The notes below the pieces were generated by a model. That model had not been told where the DNA came from. It was given only the letters and a program-made list of their open reading frames with translations, and searched no databases. DNA of 64,000 nt, from contig OZ024758.1 in NCBI GenBank assembly GCA_964016885.1, forward strand, positions 26,536,001 to 26,600,000, read 5' to 3'. Positions 36,077 to 49,888 of the stretch are shown here, one piece after another. Every line of letters begins with the position of its first letter. Positions within the stretch are counted from its first letter, which is position 1. This DNA is from Eledone cirrhosa (Eukaryota). Position numbers and translations under genes: made by a program.

Positions 36077-36156
36077 ATATTTAGCAAGTGGTTCTGGTGA
36101 TACTACAGTCAGATTCTGGGATGTCAATACTGAAACACCACAGTTTGTTGGAAATG
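36077..36156 (+). CDS. NLE1: NLE1 coding exon 4 (WD40)
   Basis: ttcAG|A TAT...AAT G|GTAAAC. YLASGSGDTTVRFWDVNTETPQFVGN. Confidence 0.95.
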
Positions 36157-36164
36157 GTAAACCC

Positions 36165-36220
<56 letters not shown>

Positions 36221-36702
36221 TTCTCTATTTCTCTCTCTTTCTCCCTCTCTCTATCTCTCTCTCTCTCTTCTTTTTAAGTTTTAAGAAAATGAAATAGGAA
36301 TTCAATTTTTAGACACAGGAGTTTTTGTTTATTATATTTTGATTAACCCTTTTGCTACCAAACAGGCTGGGGTGACCTCATCTTGCCAATATGTTCTATA
36401 TTTGGTATGGTTTCTCTGGTTGATGTCCTTCCTAATGCCAACCACTTTAGAGAGTACACTGGGTGTATTTTTAGTGGTAACAGCACTACCACTTTACAGG
36501 GTGTACTGAGTGCATTTTATCATGGTACCAATACTACCACTTTACAGGGTGTACTGAGTGCATTTTATCATGGTACCAATACTACCACTTTACAGGGTGT
36601 ACTGAGTGCATTTTATTGTGGCATCGTACTAAAGAGGTTATCATGATTGTCCAGACTGATGAGTTCTATTGTCTCTGGGTTGGAACAGTAAAAAAGTAAA
36701 AG

Positions 36703-37043
36703 ATCATCATCATCATCATCATTTCATTTTACGTCCGCTTTTTCCCTGCTTGCAAGGGTGGGACGGGAACTGATTTTGGCTTGATTTCTACAGCTGGATG
36801 CCCTTCCTAACACCAACCTCATTTACAGTGAGTGCTTTTTTGCCGTGGCACCTCCACGACCACTTTGCAGTGGAATGATAGGGACCCCAGTCCCTATCAT
36901 CTCATTTCTACAGCTGAGTAAACTGGAGCAATGTGAAATAAAGTGTCTTGCTCAAGGAAACAACACATCACCCGGTCTGAGGATTGAACACACAACCTTT
37001 CGATTGCAAGGCCAATGCTCTAACCACTAAGCCATGTCCCTCC
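36703..37043 (-). mobile_element. CORE-SINE B
   Basis: Full-length copy. Confidence 0.85.
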
Positions 37044-38061
37044 ATGATATATTATTTATATTTATATATATTGGTGTAATGCAGCTTCAGCATTCAGTAA
37101 TCGGAAGAAGGGAGGCAGGTGTAAAAGCCAAACTCAGTATCTTCAATTTGGTATTGTACCAACTCTTACCTGGGGTCACAAATCTTACGTAATGACCGAA
37201 AGAATATGATTGTGAATACCAGCAGCTGAAATAGGGTTCCTCTGAAGGGTCTTTGAAATAACTGTTTTTACTTTAGGCACAAGTCCAGCAATAACCCAGT
37301 GCATTACTGGTACTTTATTTTATCGACCCCGTAAGGATGAAAGGCAAAGTTAACCTCGGCGGGAATTTGAACTCAGATCGTAAAGGGTCATACCTATGCT
37401 GGAAAGCATAATCCAACCCTCTACCGATACTGCCAATTCACCGCCCAAAGGGTCTTTGAAATAATGTTACTCCATAAAGTGCGTACCACGGAGATCAGAG
37501 AGTCACTCCAGGTAGAGGTGCCACTTCTTCGAATTGAGACATCACAGCTCTGGTACTATGAGAATGTGATTAGAATGTCTCGGGGAAAGAATTCCTTGAC
37601 AGATTTTACAAGCAAAACCAACCGGCAAAAGACCCAGAGGTAGACCCCGAGCAAGATGGTTGGATAACATCCTTGAGCTTGGCTGGTCATACTTGTGGAT
37701 CCAGCCGGATCAGTTGGAGATGGTTGCTTCTGACAGGACCTGTTGGAAGGAGTGTTTGAGGACTTTGTCCCACAACCCTTTCAGGAATAGGTGGGCAAAG
37801 AAGAAACGTAATGCGACTTATGCTTTGCAAGTCCTAGTTTTCGTGCCAGCGTCACTGTTACCTTTTTGGTCGATGATGTCACCCAGGTAGTTCACTTTCT
37901 AAGCTTGAGGGTCTTCTATATCTTATTGAGCCTTCAAATGAGTCACTGAATTTATAGATACCTAAATTATGCAATACCAGTACTATATAAGTTCTTTCAG
38001 CTACTGCGTTTAGGGCCTTCTCCACATTCAGAGTAAAACACTATGAGAAGAATATATTTAT

Positions 38062-38497
38062 CATAGAAACTATGTGCCCATTACATGCTGTAAAGTTGTT
38101 GGCATTAGGAAGGGCATCCAGCCATAGAAACTTTGTGCCCATTACATGCTGTAAAGTTGTTGGGATTAGGAAGGGCATCCAGCCATAGAAACTTTGTGCC
38201 CATTACATGCTGTAAAGTTGTTGGCATTAGGAAGGGCATCCAGCCATAGAAACTTTGTGCCCATTACATGCTGTAAAGTTGTTGGGATTAGGAAGGGCAT
38301 CCAGCCATAGAAACTTTGTGCCCATTACATGCTGTAAAGTTGTTGGCATTAGGAAGGGCATCCAGCCATAGAAACTTTGTGCCCATTACATGCTGTAAAG
38401 TTGTTGGCATTAGGAAGGGCATCCAGCCATAGAAACTTTGTGCCCATTACATGCTGTAAAGTTGTTGGCATTAGGAAGGGCATCTAGTTATAGAAAC
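38062..38497 (+). repeat. 61-bp tandem repeat (7 units) at the 5' junction of a SINE fragment
   Basis: Unit CATAGAAACTTTGTGCCCATTACATGCTGTAAAGTTGTTGGCATTAGGAAGGGCATCCAGC. Confidence 0.92.
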
Positions 38498-38629
38498 CAA
38501 GCCAATATAAAGCATATGAGCAGGGCCTAGTCACCTGATCAGTCTGGCCTCAGCAAGTAACAGTCATCTGACTCCTTCAAGCATGAAAAATAGACATTAA
38601 ATGGTGATAATGATGATGATGATTCATCA

Positions 38630-41600
38630 TTACTGGGTTCTTTTTGTTGTGATGCCTACAGGACCACTTTACAGTGTGGGCTGGGCGCTTTTTGCCACGT
38701 CACCATCACGACCACTTTACAGTGTGGGCTGGGCACTTTTTGCCATGTCACCATCACGACCACTTTACAGTGTGGGCTGGGCACTTTTTGCCGCCTCACC
38801 ATCACGACCACTTTACAGTGTGGGCTGGGCACTTTTTGCCATGTCACCATCACGACCACTTTACAGTGTGGGCTGGGCACTTTTTTCCGCCTCACCATCA
38901 CGACCACTTTACAGTGTGGGCTGGGCACTTTTTGCCATGTCACCATCACGACCACTTTACAGTGTGGGCTGGGCACTTTTTGCCGCCTCACCATCACGAC
39001 CACTTTACAGTGTGGGCTGGGCACTTTTTTCCGCCTCACCATCACGACCACTTTACAGTGTGGGCTGGGCACTTTTTTCCGCCTCACCATCACCACCACT
39101 TTACAGTGTGGGCTGGGCACTTTTTGCCATGTCACCATCACGACCACTTTACAGTGTGGGCTGGGCACTTTTTGCCATGTCACCATCACGACCACTTTAC
39201 AGTGTGGGCTGGGCACTTTTTGCCATATCACCATCACGACCACTTTACAGTGTGGGCTGGGCACTTTTTGCCATGTCACCATCACGACCACTTTACAGTG
39301 TGGGCTGGGCACTTTTTGCCATGTCACCATCACGACCACTTTACAGTGTGGGCTGGGCACTTTTTGCCATGTCACCATCACGACCACTTTACAGTGTGGG
39401 CTGGGCGCTTTTTGCCACGTCACCATCACGACCACTTTACAGTGTGGGCTGGGCACTTTTTGCCATGTCACCATCACGACCACTTTACAGTGTGGGCTGG
39501 GCACTTTTTGCCGCCTCACCATCACGACCACTTTACAGTGTGGGCTGGGCACTTTTTGCCGCCTCACCATCACCACCACTTTACAGTGTGGGCTGGGCAC
39601 TTTTTTCCGCCTCACCATCACGACCACTTTACAGTGTGGGCTGGGCACTTTTTGCCGCCTCACCATCACGACCACTTTACAGTGTGGGCTGGGCACTTTT
39701 TGCCATGTCACCATCACGACCACTTTACAGTGTGGGCTGGGCACTTTTTGCCGCCTCACCATCACGACCACTTTACAGTGTGGGCTGGGCACTTTTTGCC
39801 GCCTCACCATCACCACCACTTTACAGTGTGGGCTGGGCACTTTTTGCCGCCTCACCATCACGACCACTTTACAGTGTGGGCTGGGCACTTTTTGCCATGT
39901 CACCATCACAACCACTTTACAGTGTGGGCTGGGCACTTTTTGCCATATCACCATCACGACCACTTTACAGTGTGGGCTGGGCACTTTTTGCCATATCACC
40001 ATCACGACCACTTTACAGTGTGGGCTGGGCACTTTTTGCCATGTCACCATCACAACCACTTTACAGTGTGGGCTGGGCACTTTTTGCCTTGTCACCATCA
40101 CGACCACTTTACAGTGTGGGCTGGGCACTTTTTGCCGCCTCACCATCACGACCACTTTACAGTGTGGGCTGGGCACTTTTTGCCATGTCACCATCACGAC
40201 CACTTTACAGTGTGGGCTGGGCACTTTTTGCCGCCTCACCATCACGACCACTTTACAGTGTGGGCTGGGCACTTTTTGCCGCCTCACCATCACCACCACT
40301 TTACAGTGTGGGCTGGGCACTTTTTGCCGCCTCACCATCACGACCACTTTACAGTGTGGGCTGGGCACTTTTTGCCATGTCACCATCACGACCACTTTAC
40401 AGTGTGGGCTGGGCACTTTTTGCCATGTCACCATCACGACCACTTTACAGTGTGGGCTGGGCACTTTTTGCCATATCACCATCACGACCACTTTACAGTG
40501 TGGGCTGGGCACTTTTTGCCATGTCACCATCACAACCACTTTACAGTGTGGGCTGGGCACTTTTTGCCATGTCACCATCACAACCACTTTACAGTGTGGG
40601 CTGGGCACTTTTTGCCGCCTCACCATCACGACCACTTTACAGTGTGGGCTGGGCACTTTTTGCCATGTCACCATCACGACCACTTTACAGTGTGGGCTGG
40701 GCGCTTTTTGCCACGTCACCATCACGACCACTTTACAGTGTGGGCTGGGCACTTTTTGCCGCCTCACCATCACGACCACTTTACAGTGTGGGCTGGGCAC
40801 TTTTTGCCATGTCACCATCACGACCACTTTACAGTGTGGGCTGGGCACTTTTTGCCGCCTCACCCTCACGACCACTTTACAGTGTGGGCTGGGCACTTTT
40901 TGCCATGTCACCATCACGACCACTTTACAGTGTGGGCTGGGCGCTTTTTGCCACGTCACCATCACGACCACTTTACAGTGTGGGCTGGGCACTTTTTGCC
41001 ATGTCACCATCACAACCACTTTACAGTGTGGGCTGGGCACTTTTTTCCGCCTCACCATCACGACCACTTTACAGTGTGGGCTGGGCACTTTTTGCCATGT
41101 CACCATCACGACCACTTTACAGTGTGGGCTGGGCACTTTTTGCCGCCTCACCATCACGACCACTTTACAGTGTGGGCTGGGCACTTTTTGCCGCCTCACC
41201 ATCACCACCACTTTACAGTGTGGGCTGGGCACTTTTTTCCGCCTCACCATCACGACCACTTTACAGTGTGGGCTGGGCACTTTTTTCCGCCTCACCATCA
41301 CGACCACTTTACAGTGTGGGCTGGGCACTTTTTGCCATGTCACCATCACGACCACTTTACAGTGTGGGCTGGGCACTTTTTGCCGCCTCACCGTCACGAC
41401 CACTTTACAGTGTGGGCTGGGCACTTTTTGCCGCCTCACCATCACCACCACTTTACAGTGTGGGCTGGGCACTTTTTGCCTTGTCACCATCACGACCACT
41501 TTACAGTGTGGGCTGGGCACTTTTTGCCGCCTCACCATCACGACCACTTTACAGTGTGGGCTGGGCACTTTTTGCCATGTCACCATCACGACCACTTTAC

Positions 41601-44396
41601 AGTGTGGGCTGGGCACTTTTTGCCGCCTCACCATCACGACCACTTTACAGTGTGGGCTGGGCACTTTTTGCCATGTCACCATCACGACCACTTTACAGTG
41701 TGGGCTGGGCACTTTTTGCCGCCTCACCATCACGACCACTTTACAGTGTGGGCTGGGCACTTTTTGCCGCCTCACCATCACAACCACTTTACAGTGTGGG
41801 CTGGGCACTTTTTGCCATATCACCATCACAACCACTTTACAGTGTGGGCTGGGCACTTTTTGCCATGTCACCATCACGACCACTTTACAGTGTGGGCTGG
41901 GGACTTTTTGCCGCCTCACCATCACGACCACTTTACAGTGTGGGCTGGGCACTTTTTGCTGCCTCACCATCACAACCACTTTACAGTGTGGGCTGGGCAC
42001 TTTTTGCCATGTCACCATCACGACCACTTTACAGTGTGGGCTGGGCACTTTTTGCCATGTCACCATCACGACCACTTTACAGTGTGGGCTGGGCACTTTT
42101 TGCCATGTCACCATCACGACCACTTTACAGTGTGGGCTGGGCACTTTTTGCCATGTCACCATCACGACCACTTTACAGTGTGGGCTGGGCACTTTTTGCC
42201 GCCTCACCATCACGACCACTTTACAGTGTGGGCTGGGCACTTTTTGCCATGTCACCATCACGACCACTTTACAGTGTGGGCTGGGCACTTTTTGCCGCCT
42301 CACCATCACAACCACTTTACAGTGTGGGCTGGGCACTTTTTGCTGCCTCACCATCACAACCACTTTACAGTGTGGGCTGGGCACTTTTTGCCATGTCACC
42401 ATCACGACCACTTTACAGTGTGGGCTGGGCACTTTTTGCTGCCTCACCATCACAACCACTTTACAGTGTGGGCTGGGCACTTTTTGCCATGTCACCATCA
42501 CAACCACTTTACAGTGTGGGCTGGGCACTTTTTGCCGCCTCACCATCACGACCACTTTACAGTGTGGGCTGGGCACTTTTTGCCATGTCACCATCACAAC
42601 CACTTTACAGTGTGGGCTGGGCACTTTTTGCTGCCTCACCATCACAACCACTTTACAGTGTGGGCTGGGCACTTTTTGCCATGTCACCATCACAACCACT
42701 TTACAGTGTGGGCTGGGCACTTTTTGCCATGTCACCATCACAACCACTTTACAGTGTGGGCTGGGCACTTTTTGCCGCCTCACCATCACGACCACTTTAC
42801 AGTGTGGGCTGGGCACTTTTTGCCGCCTCACCATCACGACCACTTTACAGTGTGGGCTGGGCACTTTTTGCCATGTCACCATCACGACCACTTTACAGTG
42901 TGGGCTGGGCACTTTTTGCCATGTCACCATCACGACCACTTTACAGTGTGGGCTGGGCACTTTTTGCCATGTCACCATCACAACCACTTTACAGTGTGGG
43001 CTGGGCACTTTTTGCCATGTCACCATCACAACCACTTTACAGTGTGGGCTGGGCACTTTTTGCCATGTCACCATCACAACCACTTTACAGTGTGGGCTGG
43101 GCACTTTTTGCCGCCTCACCATCACGACCACTTTACAGTGTGGGCTGGGCACTTTTTGCCGCCTCACCATCACGACCACTTTACAGTGTGGGCTGGGCAC
43201 TTTTTGCCATGTCACCATCACGACCACTTTACAGTGTGGGCTGGGCACTTTTTGCTGCCTCACCATCACGACCACTTTACAGTGTGGGCTGGGCACTTTT
43301 TGCCATGTCACCATCACGACCACTTTACAGTGTGGGCTGGGCACTTTTTGCCGCCTCACCATCACGACCACTTTACAGTGTGGGCTGGGCACTTTTTGCC
43401 ATGTCACCATCACAACCACTTTACAGTGTGGGCTGGGCACTTTTTGCTGCCTCACCATCACGACCACTTTACAGTGTGGGCTGGGCACTTTTTGCTGCCT
43501 CACCATCACGACCACTTTACAGTGTGGGCTGGGCACTTTTTGCCATGTCACCATCACAACCACTTTACAGTGTGAGCTGGGCACTTTTTGCCGCCTCACC
43601 ATCACGACCACTTTACAGTGTGGGCTGGGCACTTTTTGCCGCCTCACCATCACGACCACTTTACAGTGTGGGCTGGGCACTTTTTGCCGCCTCACCATCA
43701 CGACCACTTTACAGTGTGGGCTGGGCACTTTTTGCTGCCTCACCATCACAACCACTTTACAGTGTGGGCTGGGCACTTTTTGCCATGTCACCATCACAAC
43801 CACTTTACAGTGTGGGCTGGGCACTTTTTGCCACGTCACCATCACGACCACTTTACAGTGTGGGCTGGGCACTTTTTGCCGCCTCACCATCACGACCACT
43901 TTACAGTGTGGGCTGGGCACTTTTTGCCATGTCACCATCACGACCACTTTACAGTGTGGGCTGGGCACTTTTTGCCATGTCACCATCACGACCACTTTAC
44001 AGTGTGGGCTGGGCACTTTTTGCCACCTCACCATCACGACCACTTTACATAGTGGGCTGGGCACTTTTTGCCGCCTCACCATCACGACCACTTTACAGTG
44101 TGGGCTGGGCTCTTTTTGCCATGTCACCATCACGACCACTTTACAGTGTGGGCTGGGCTCTTTTTGCCATGTCACCATCACAACCACTTTACAGTGTGGG
44201 CTGGGCACTTTTTGCCATGTCACCATCACGACCACTTTACAGTGTGGGCTGGGCACTTTTGCCGCCTCACCATCACGACCACTTTACAGTGTGGGCTGGG
44301 CACTTTTTGCCGCCTCACCATCACAACCACTTTACAGTGTGGGCTGGGCACTTTTTGCCATGTCACCATCACAACCACTTTACAGTGTGGGCTGGG
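38630..44396 (+). repeat. 48-bp minisatellite (~120 units, 5.8 kb) of the SINE internal module in NLE1 intron 4
   Basis: Unit CCACTTTACAGTGTGGGCTGGGCACTTTTTGCC(ATG/GCC)TCACCATCAC(G/A)A. Confidence 0.95.
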
Positions 44397-44605
44397 AGCT
44401 TCACTGGACTCATTCAATAAAGTTCTTTTTATCTACTTCTTATCCGATGAGTCACTTTTAATGTGGAAAACATTTGAAATAAAAGTGAGAAAGAAGGAAT
44501 AATGAAAGGATGTGTTGATAAAACGTATTGACACTAATATGGGCTGCTGTATTAACTATCCACTCATTATATCCAGCTTTACTACAATGCTGCATTGCTT
44601 TTTAA

Positions 44606-44828
44606 CCCTTTACCATTTACATTACTCTATATATACTATTGTATTTTTGTGGTAAAGGCTTTATTATCTTACATAATTATCTCATATAATATCGAATCTA
44701 TGAGATTTAGATATTATTTATTTTGAGAACAATACCTTAACATCAGTATGAACAGCTGGTTATAGTCGGTTTGAACAGAAAAAAGTGAGCGAATCTGGCT
44801 GGATACAGCTGGTTTAAATGCTAAAGGG
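44606..44828 (+). mobile_element. piggyBac-like MITE
   Basis: TTAA on both sides and TIRs. Confidence 0.78.
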
Positions 44829-44989
44829 TTAAGATTAAGGCAGTGTTATGAAATTTCAGATTAACAGCCCAGGAAATCAATACTCAATATATTATTAGCA
44901 TTGTTTTACTTCTTCAACTTGAGTCTTGTTAAGAATACATTTTCACATTAATTATTGTGTTTTTTTATTTGTGCTTTTTTCTTTGGCAG

Positions 44990-45066
44990 TCCATAAACAT
45001 TGGATATTGTGTATTTCATGGTCACCAAATGGACAGAAATTAGCATCAGGCTGTAAAAAAAGTCAG
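44990..45066 (+). CDS. NLE1: NLE1 coding exon 5 (WD40)
   Basis: gcAG|TC...CAG|GTATGA. (V)HKHWILCISWSPNGQKLASGCKKSQ. Confidence 0.93.
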
Positions 45067-45322
45067 GTATGATCACCTGTTCCATACAGACAACTACTTT
45101 GTTTAACTTTTAATTTTTATTTTCAGAAGTCAGTTTTAACCTGTCCTGATTTGAAAGGGTTGAATATTTCAGACTATTTTTCCATGAGACTTGCCATTCA
45201 GTTCCCATTGTTTACATTTATTTAGACCACTCCCCTGCTACTTCTGTTTGAGTTCCTTAATTCCTAGCCACTATCATCTTTCACATTATTCTATAATCCA
45301 ATCAGACATCAATCCTGTGCAA

Positions 45323-46640
45323 TCTATATATAATATAAAAGAGAGATGTTTATTGGTTGAGTCACCCAAAAACTACACGCACACACATCTAAAGAGAGAG
45401 AGAGAGAGAGAGACACAGTGGGAGAGGCAGAGAGAAAGATATGCCGTTATACAGAGAGAGATATAATTAAAGTGTTAGATATTCAGAGAGAGAGAGAGTG
45501 ACGTTCCACAACAGTCTAGAATTGGCTTAAATTATAGATCAAAGTCATCATCATCATCAACGTTTAACGTCTATCTTCCACGCTAGCATGGGTTTAGACG
45601 GGAATTGTCCCACTTGAGGCAAGATTGGTCGGGTGACCGTGTCTCGCTCGTATAGGACTGTCTGGCAGGTTTTCTACAGCTGGATGCCCTTCCTAACACC
45701 AAGTATCAGTTGAATTTTTAACAATATTGCGTTAGCTTTTATAAAGTCGTTTTACACCAGTCTTTGATTTTACAGAATTGATACTATTTGAAATTAATCT
45801 ATGGAGTATATTAATTTAGCTTTTTTAAGATAGTGTCATGTTATTATTGACCTAATTCAGATGACAGTGTCAACCTATTCTCTAAGGCTGTTATTTGCAT
45901 TTATTTCTTCGTTTTTTTTCCACAATATTTTCCAAGAAAATTAATTTCATCAAGACACCAAAACTCTGCTCATCTGTCTGGAGGAGCTACAATGTCTGCC
46001 AAACGGTTGAAATCTTCAAGCGAAAGAGAGACTCACGTACAATATAGAAAAAGACTTGGGAATAAAGGGACAAGTCAACATTGTGACATTCAGCAGGATA
46101 TGAGACGTGAAACAGAAAGGTTAAGACAACAAGAAAGATGATCGCAACTTTCTGAAAGAGTACAGAACCTGAGACAGGAAACAGAAAGATTAAGGCAAGA
46201 AGAAAGACTATCGCAACAAACAGAGGTTCAATATGAAAATCACCAAGAGGCAGTGAGAGTTGCGATGCAAACTCGACGAGCACAAAGAACTCTTCTAAGC
46301 AGAACAAACTGGCTAAGAGCTGTGTTTTCATAGAAATGATCCTAAAGTCGCAATTGGTAGCATAGATATTACACTTGGGATGTGTTGCTTAGGAAGAAAG
46401 GTCAGACTTCTACTGATAGGGGACCCACCAGCTTTTATCCATATACTGCTTACAGACCATAATAACGAAGCTAAACACTTCAGAAGCAATGTTATGCAGT
46501 ATATTGCAGCATTTCAGGTGACGTCCTTTGGAGCTGAAAAAGATCATACTGACTATGGTTATTTCACATTTAAAATCTAAGGCTACCATTTAATTGGCAG
46601 TTTACTCCCTCAGCCTAATAAGGAAGTTTTATGATTGTTT

Positions 46641-46677
<37 letters not shown>

Positions 46678-46782
46678 TTACAGTCTCACCTCATACCAGA
46701 CAACACATCCGATACAGTCATTTTCTCTTTTATCCGTCTTCTCTTAACTATTCTTCTGGGCAAAGCCGGGTACCTCAGCTAG
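45323..46782 (+). mobile_element. Helitron derivative with a degenerate RepHel N-terminal fragment (~46380-46610)
   Basis: A^TCTATATATAATATAAAA start; GGCAAAGCCGGG...CTAG^T end. CC.GRKV...PP...HFR....Y..FQVTSFGA...FTFKI*G.YH.IGSLLP motif. Confidence 0.8.
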
Positions 46783-47253
46783 TATAAATCTAAAAGAAAC
46801 TGAAAAGGAGGTATGTATGTTTAGAAAGCTGTAAAATGCAAGTGGGTTAGATTACCAAGGTAACAAGTCAGAAGGGATTTGAGAGATTTCTTTCCTGGTA
46901 GCCATTTAAGAAAGAAGGAGAGCACTATAGTCTTTTTCAGGGTCTTTGAGACTAATGGGAGAAAGAGGGGCAGAAACTATGGTTTGTTGTAAGAATTAAC
47001 ACATCAAGATATTGAGTTTTCCTTAGAGACCTAATCGGAAAGTTTAGAACTCAATGGTAGAGGTACCCATGATCTAGGTTAGGATGTTAAACTTGTCTGG
47101 ATTAAGTCGACCATCAATAGGAATGGAAATATTAAATGAAATTCCCCAAATATCTCTTAACTGTTGTAGAGACGTAGTGTAAAAGTCTGTTTATATTTAC
47201 TAGACTTGAAATGCAATTGTTTATTAAGATTGCATAAAATTCAATTCTCTTAA

Positions 47254-47702
47254 CCCTTTAGTGGTCAGAGCATTGGCCTTGCAAGACACTTTATTTCACA
47301 TTGCTCCAGTTTACTCAGCTGTAGAAATGAGATGATAGGACTGGGGTCGATATCATTCCACTGCAAAGTGGTCGTGGAGGTGCCACGGCAGAAAAGCACC
47401 CAGTACTCACTGTAAATGAGGTTGGTATTAGGAAGGGCATCCAGCTGTAGAAATCAAGCCAGAATCAGTTCCCATCCCACCCTTGCAAGCAGGGAAAAGC
47501 GGACGTAAAATGATGATGATGATGATTACTCTATATATACTATTATATATTCACAGTAAAGGCTTTACCTCACATAATATCAAATCTATGAGATTTTGAT
47601 ATTTATTTTAGTAACCATACGTTAATATCAGTTTGAGTGGCCAGTTACAATCAGTTTGAACAGAATGAGGTGAGAGAATTATGGCCAGTTTAAATGTTAA
47701 AG
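47254..47702 (+). mobile_element. piggyBac-like MITE interrupted by a deleted CORE-SINE B (~47258-47526)
   Basis: SINE tail joins ATTACTCTATA of the MITE, as in the 16825 copy. Confidence 0.72.
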
Positions 47703-48260
47703 GACAGAAGACTGGGATGATGGATATCGGGTTTTAATTCTTAATATTTTGTACCACATTGACATATTTTGAAAAGTACAAAACATCACTATGACTACAT
47801 CACATTGAAATTTAAAATCTTTACTGAAAAGTTTCACAATCTGTCCACTAGTAAAGATACTACAAAAATTTGAATTGAGAAACCTGATTTTAGACATTTT
47901 TTGTAAATATCATTTGGAATATAAATGTTGGACTGCCCATTTACTTATGACTCACCTTGTATTGTTTAACTTATTTGAATATATTCAGCTTACATTTTAA
48001 ACCGGCCAGAGTTATCTCACCTCTTTCTGTTCAAATTGGCTATAACTGACTGCTCCCGCCTATGGTAAGGTATTGTTCTCAAAATAAATAATATAAGAAT
48101 CTTGTAGATTTGATATTATGTAAGATATTTATGTGAGATAAAACCTTTACCATGAAAATACAATAGTAAATATAGAGTAATGCTAAAGGGTTATGGTATT
48201 TTCCAGTTTCTGTTTTAAGTATGGTGTAGCGCTTTATCTTCTATATTCATATATTTTTAG

Positions 48261-48358
48261 GTTGTTGTATGGGATCCTGCTACTGGTAAACAAATTGGTC
48301 GGACACTAGCTGGTCATAAGCAATGGATAACATGTTTGGCTTGGAAACCTATGCATTT
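48261..48358 (+). CDS. NLE1: NLE1 coding exon 6 (WD40)
   Basis: tttAG|...TT|GTGAGT. VVVWDPATGKQIGRTLAGHKQWITCLAWKPMH(L). Confidence 0.95.
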
Positions 48359-48618
48359 GTGAGTTCATTTTTCTCTTAAATTGTTCAGAATATTATCATC
48401 ATTAACATCTATCTTCGATGCTAGCATGGGTTAGATGGGTTTGTCTCATTTAGAGGCAAGTTTGGTCGGGTGACCGTGTCTCGCTCATATAGGAGAGTTT
48501 CTTGCTGGTTTCCTACAACTGGAGGCCATTCCTAGCGCCATGTCTTTTACATGTCCACATTACATTGTGTGTTGGATGTTTTGTGGTACCAGTATAATAT
48601 ACATATATATGATATATA

Positions 48619-49003
48619 GCACATGGCTTAGTAGTTAGAGCATTGGGCTTGCAATCGAAAGGTTGTGAGTTCAATTCTCAGACCGGGTGATGTGTTGTTT
48701 CCTTGAGCAAGACACTTTATTTCACATTGCTCCAGTTTATTCAGCTGTAAAAATGAGATGATAGGACTGGGGTCCCTATCATTCCACTGCAAAGTGGTCG
48801 TGGAGGTGTCAAAACAAAAAAATCACCCAGCACTCACTGTAAATGAGGTCGGTGTTAGGAAGGGCATCCAGCTGTAGAAATGAAGCCAGAATCAGTTCCC
48901 GTATGAGTAAGATATGGTCAGCCGATTGGACACTGCCCACAACAGGACAACCCGTCTAACCCATGCTAGCGTGGAAGAACGGACGTAAAATGGTGATGAT
49001 GAT
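48619..49003 (+). mobile_element. CORE-SINE B with the alternative long 3' tail
   Basis: Same head and core; tail ...CCCGTCTAACCCATGCTAGCGTGGAAG. Confidence 0.8.
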
Positions 49004-49888
49004 GAATCTCAAATCCACTGATATTTTGATGACATTGTTTATTTTGAGAACGATATCTTAATGCTGGTATGAGTGGCTGGTTATGGTCAGTTAGAACAGA
49101 AAAGCGGGGAGACAATTTTGGCCGGATATGGCCGATTTAACCCCTTAATGTTCAAACCGGCCAGAATTCTCTACCTTTTTCTGTTGAAACTAGCTGTAAC
49201 TGGTCATTCAAACTGATGTTAAGGTATTGTTCTCAAAATAAATACTTTCAAAATCTCATAGATTCGATATTATGTGAGGTAAAGCCTTTACCGTGAAAAT
49301 ATAATAGTATATATAGAGTAATGTAAATACTAAAGGGTTGTACATGTTGAGATTGAAGAGTGTAGGTGATAGAACAAAGTATTGTACCATTCCGTTTAGT
49401 GTGTCATAAATATTGTAAGGGAGTTAACCAGGCATTGCTTTATGTTATCTGTGAAGACGACATATATATCTGGTATTAGTAGAAAGTACTGTGAAGGTGC
49501 GTGGCTTAGTGGTTAAAGAGTTGGGTTTCGCAAACATGAGGTTGCGAGTTCAATTCTCAAACCGAGTGATGCGTTGTGTCCTTGAGCAAGACATTTTATT
49601 TGATGTTGCTCCTTCTGCCAGGAGTTGCAATCGGTAGATGGTATCAGCAATGGAAAGACCAATGGAAACATTGTTTCCTTGGTCTGATTTGACGAGATCC
49701 ACCCCCACTCGGTAAGCAAGTGAGGTCTAGGATCTTATCGATGGATCAGAGCAGACTGTATATACTTGACTATAAGCCAACCCCGCTATTTAATGTCTGA
49801 AAAATAGGCAAAAATCCCAACCTCATTTGTGTAGAATTTGAAGTTTGTAAAAATCGTCAAAATATTGACCCCGAATATATAAGCTGAT

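Noticed and set aside
32875-36127. Minus-strand ORFs with 20-aa repeats (HSTMSYLSDELEACVSHIVL)
   Set aside because: Satellite translation broken by 59- and 43-bp units; no sign of frame preservation.
38601-44420. 1939/1866/1633-aa ORFs as real proteins
   Set aside because: They arise from a 48-bp unit lacking stops, are open on both strands, lie inside NLE1 intron 4 and derive from a SINE module.
44440-44480. CCGATGAGTCAC...GTGGAAAAC hammerhead-like string
   Set aside because: Core mismatches (CCGA; no C before GAAA) and no convincing stem I; at best a decayed motif.
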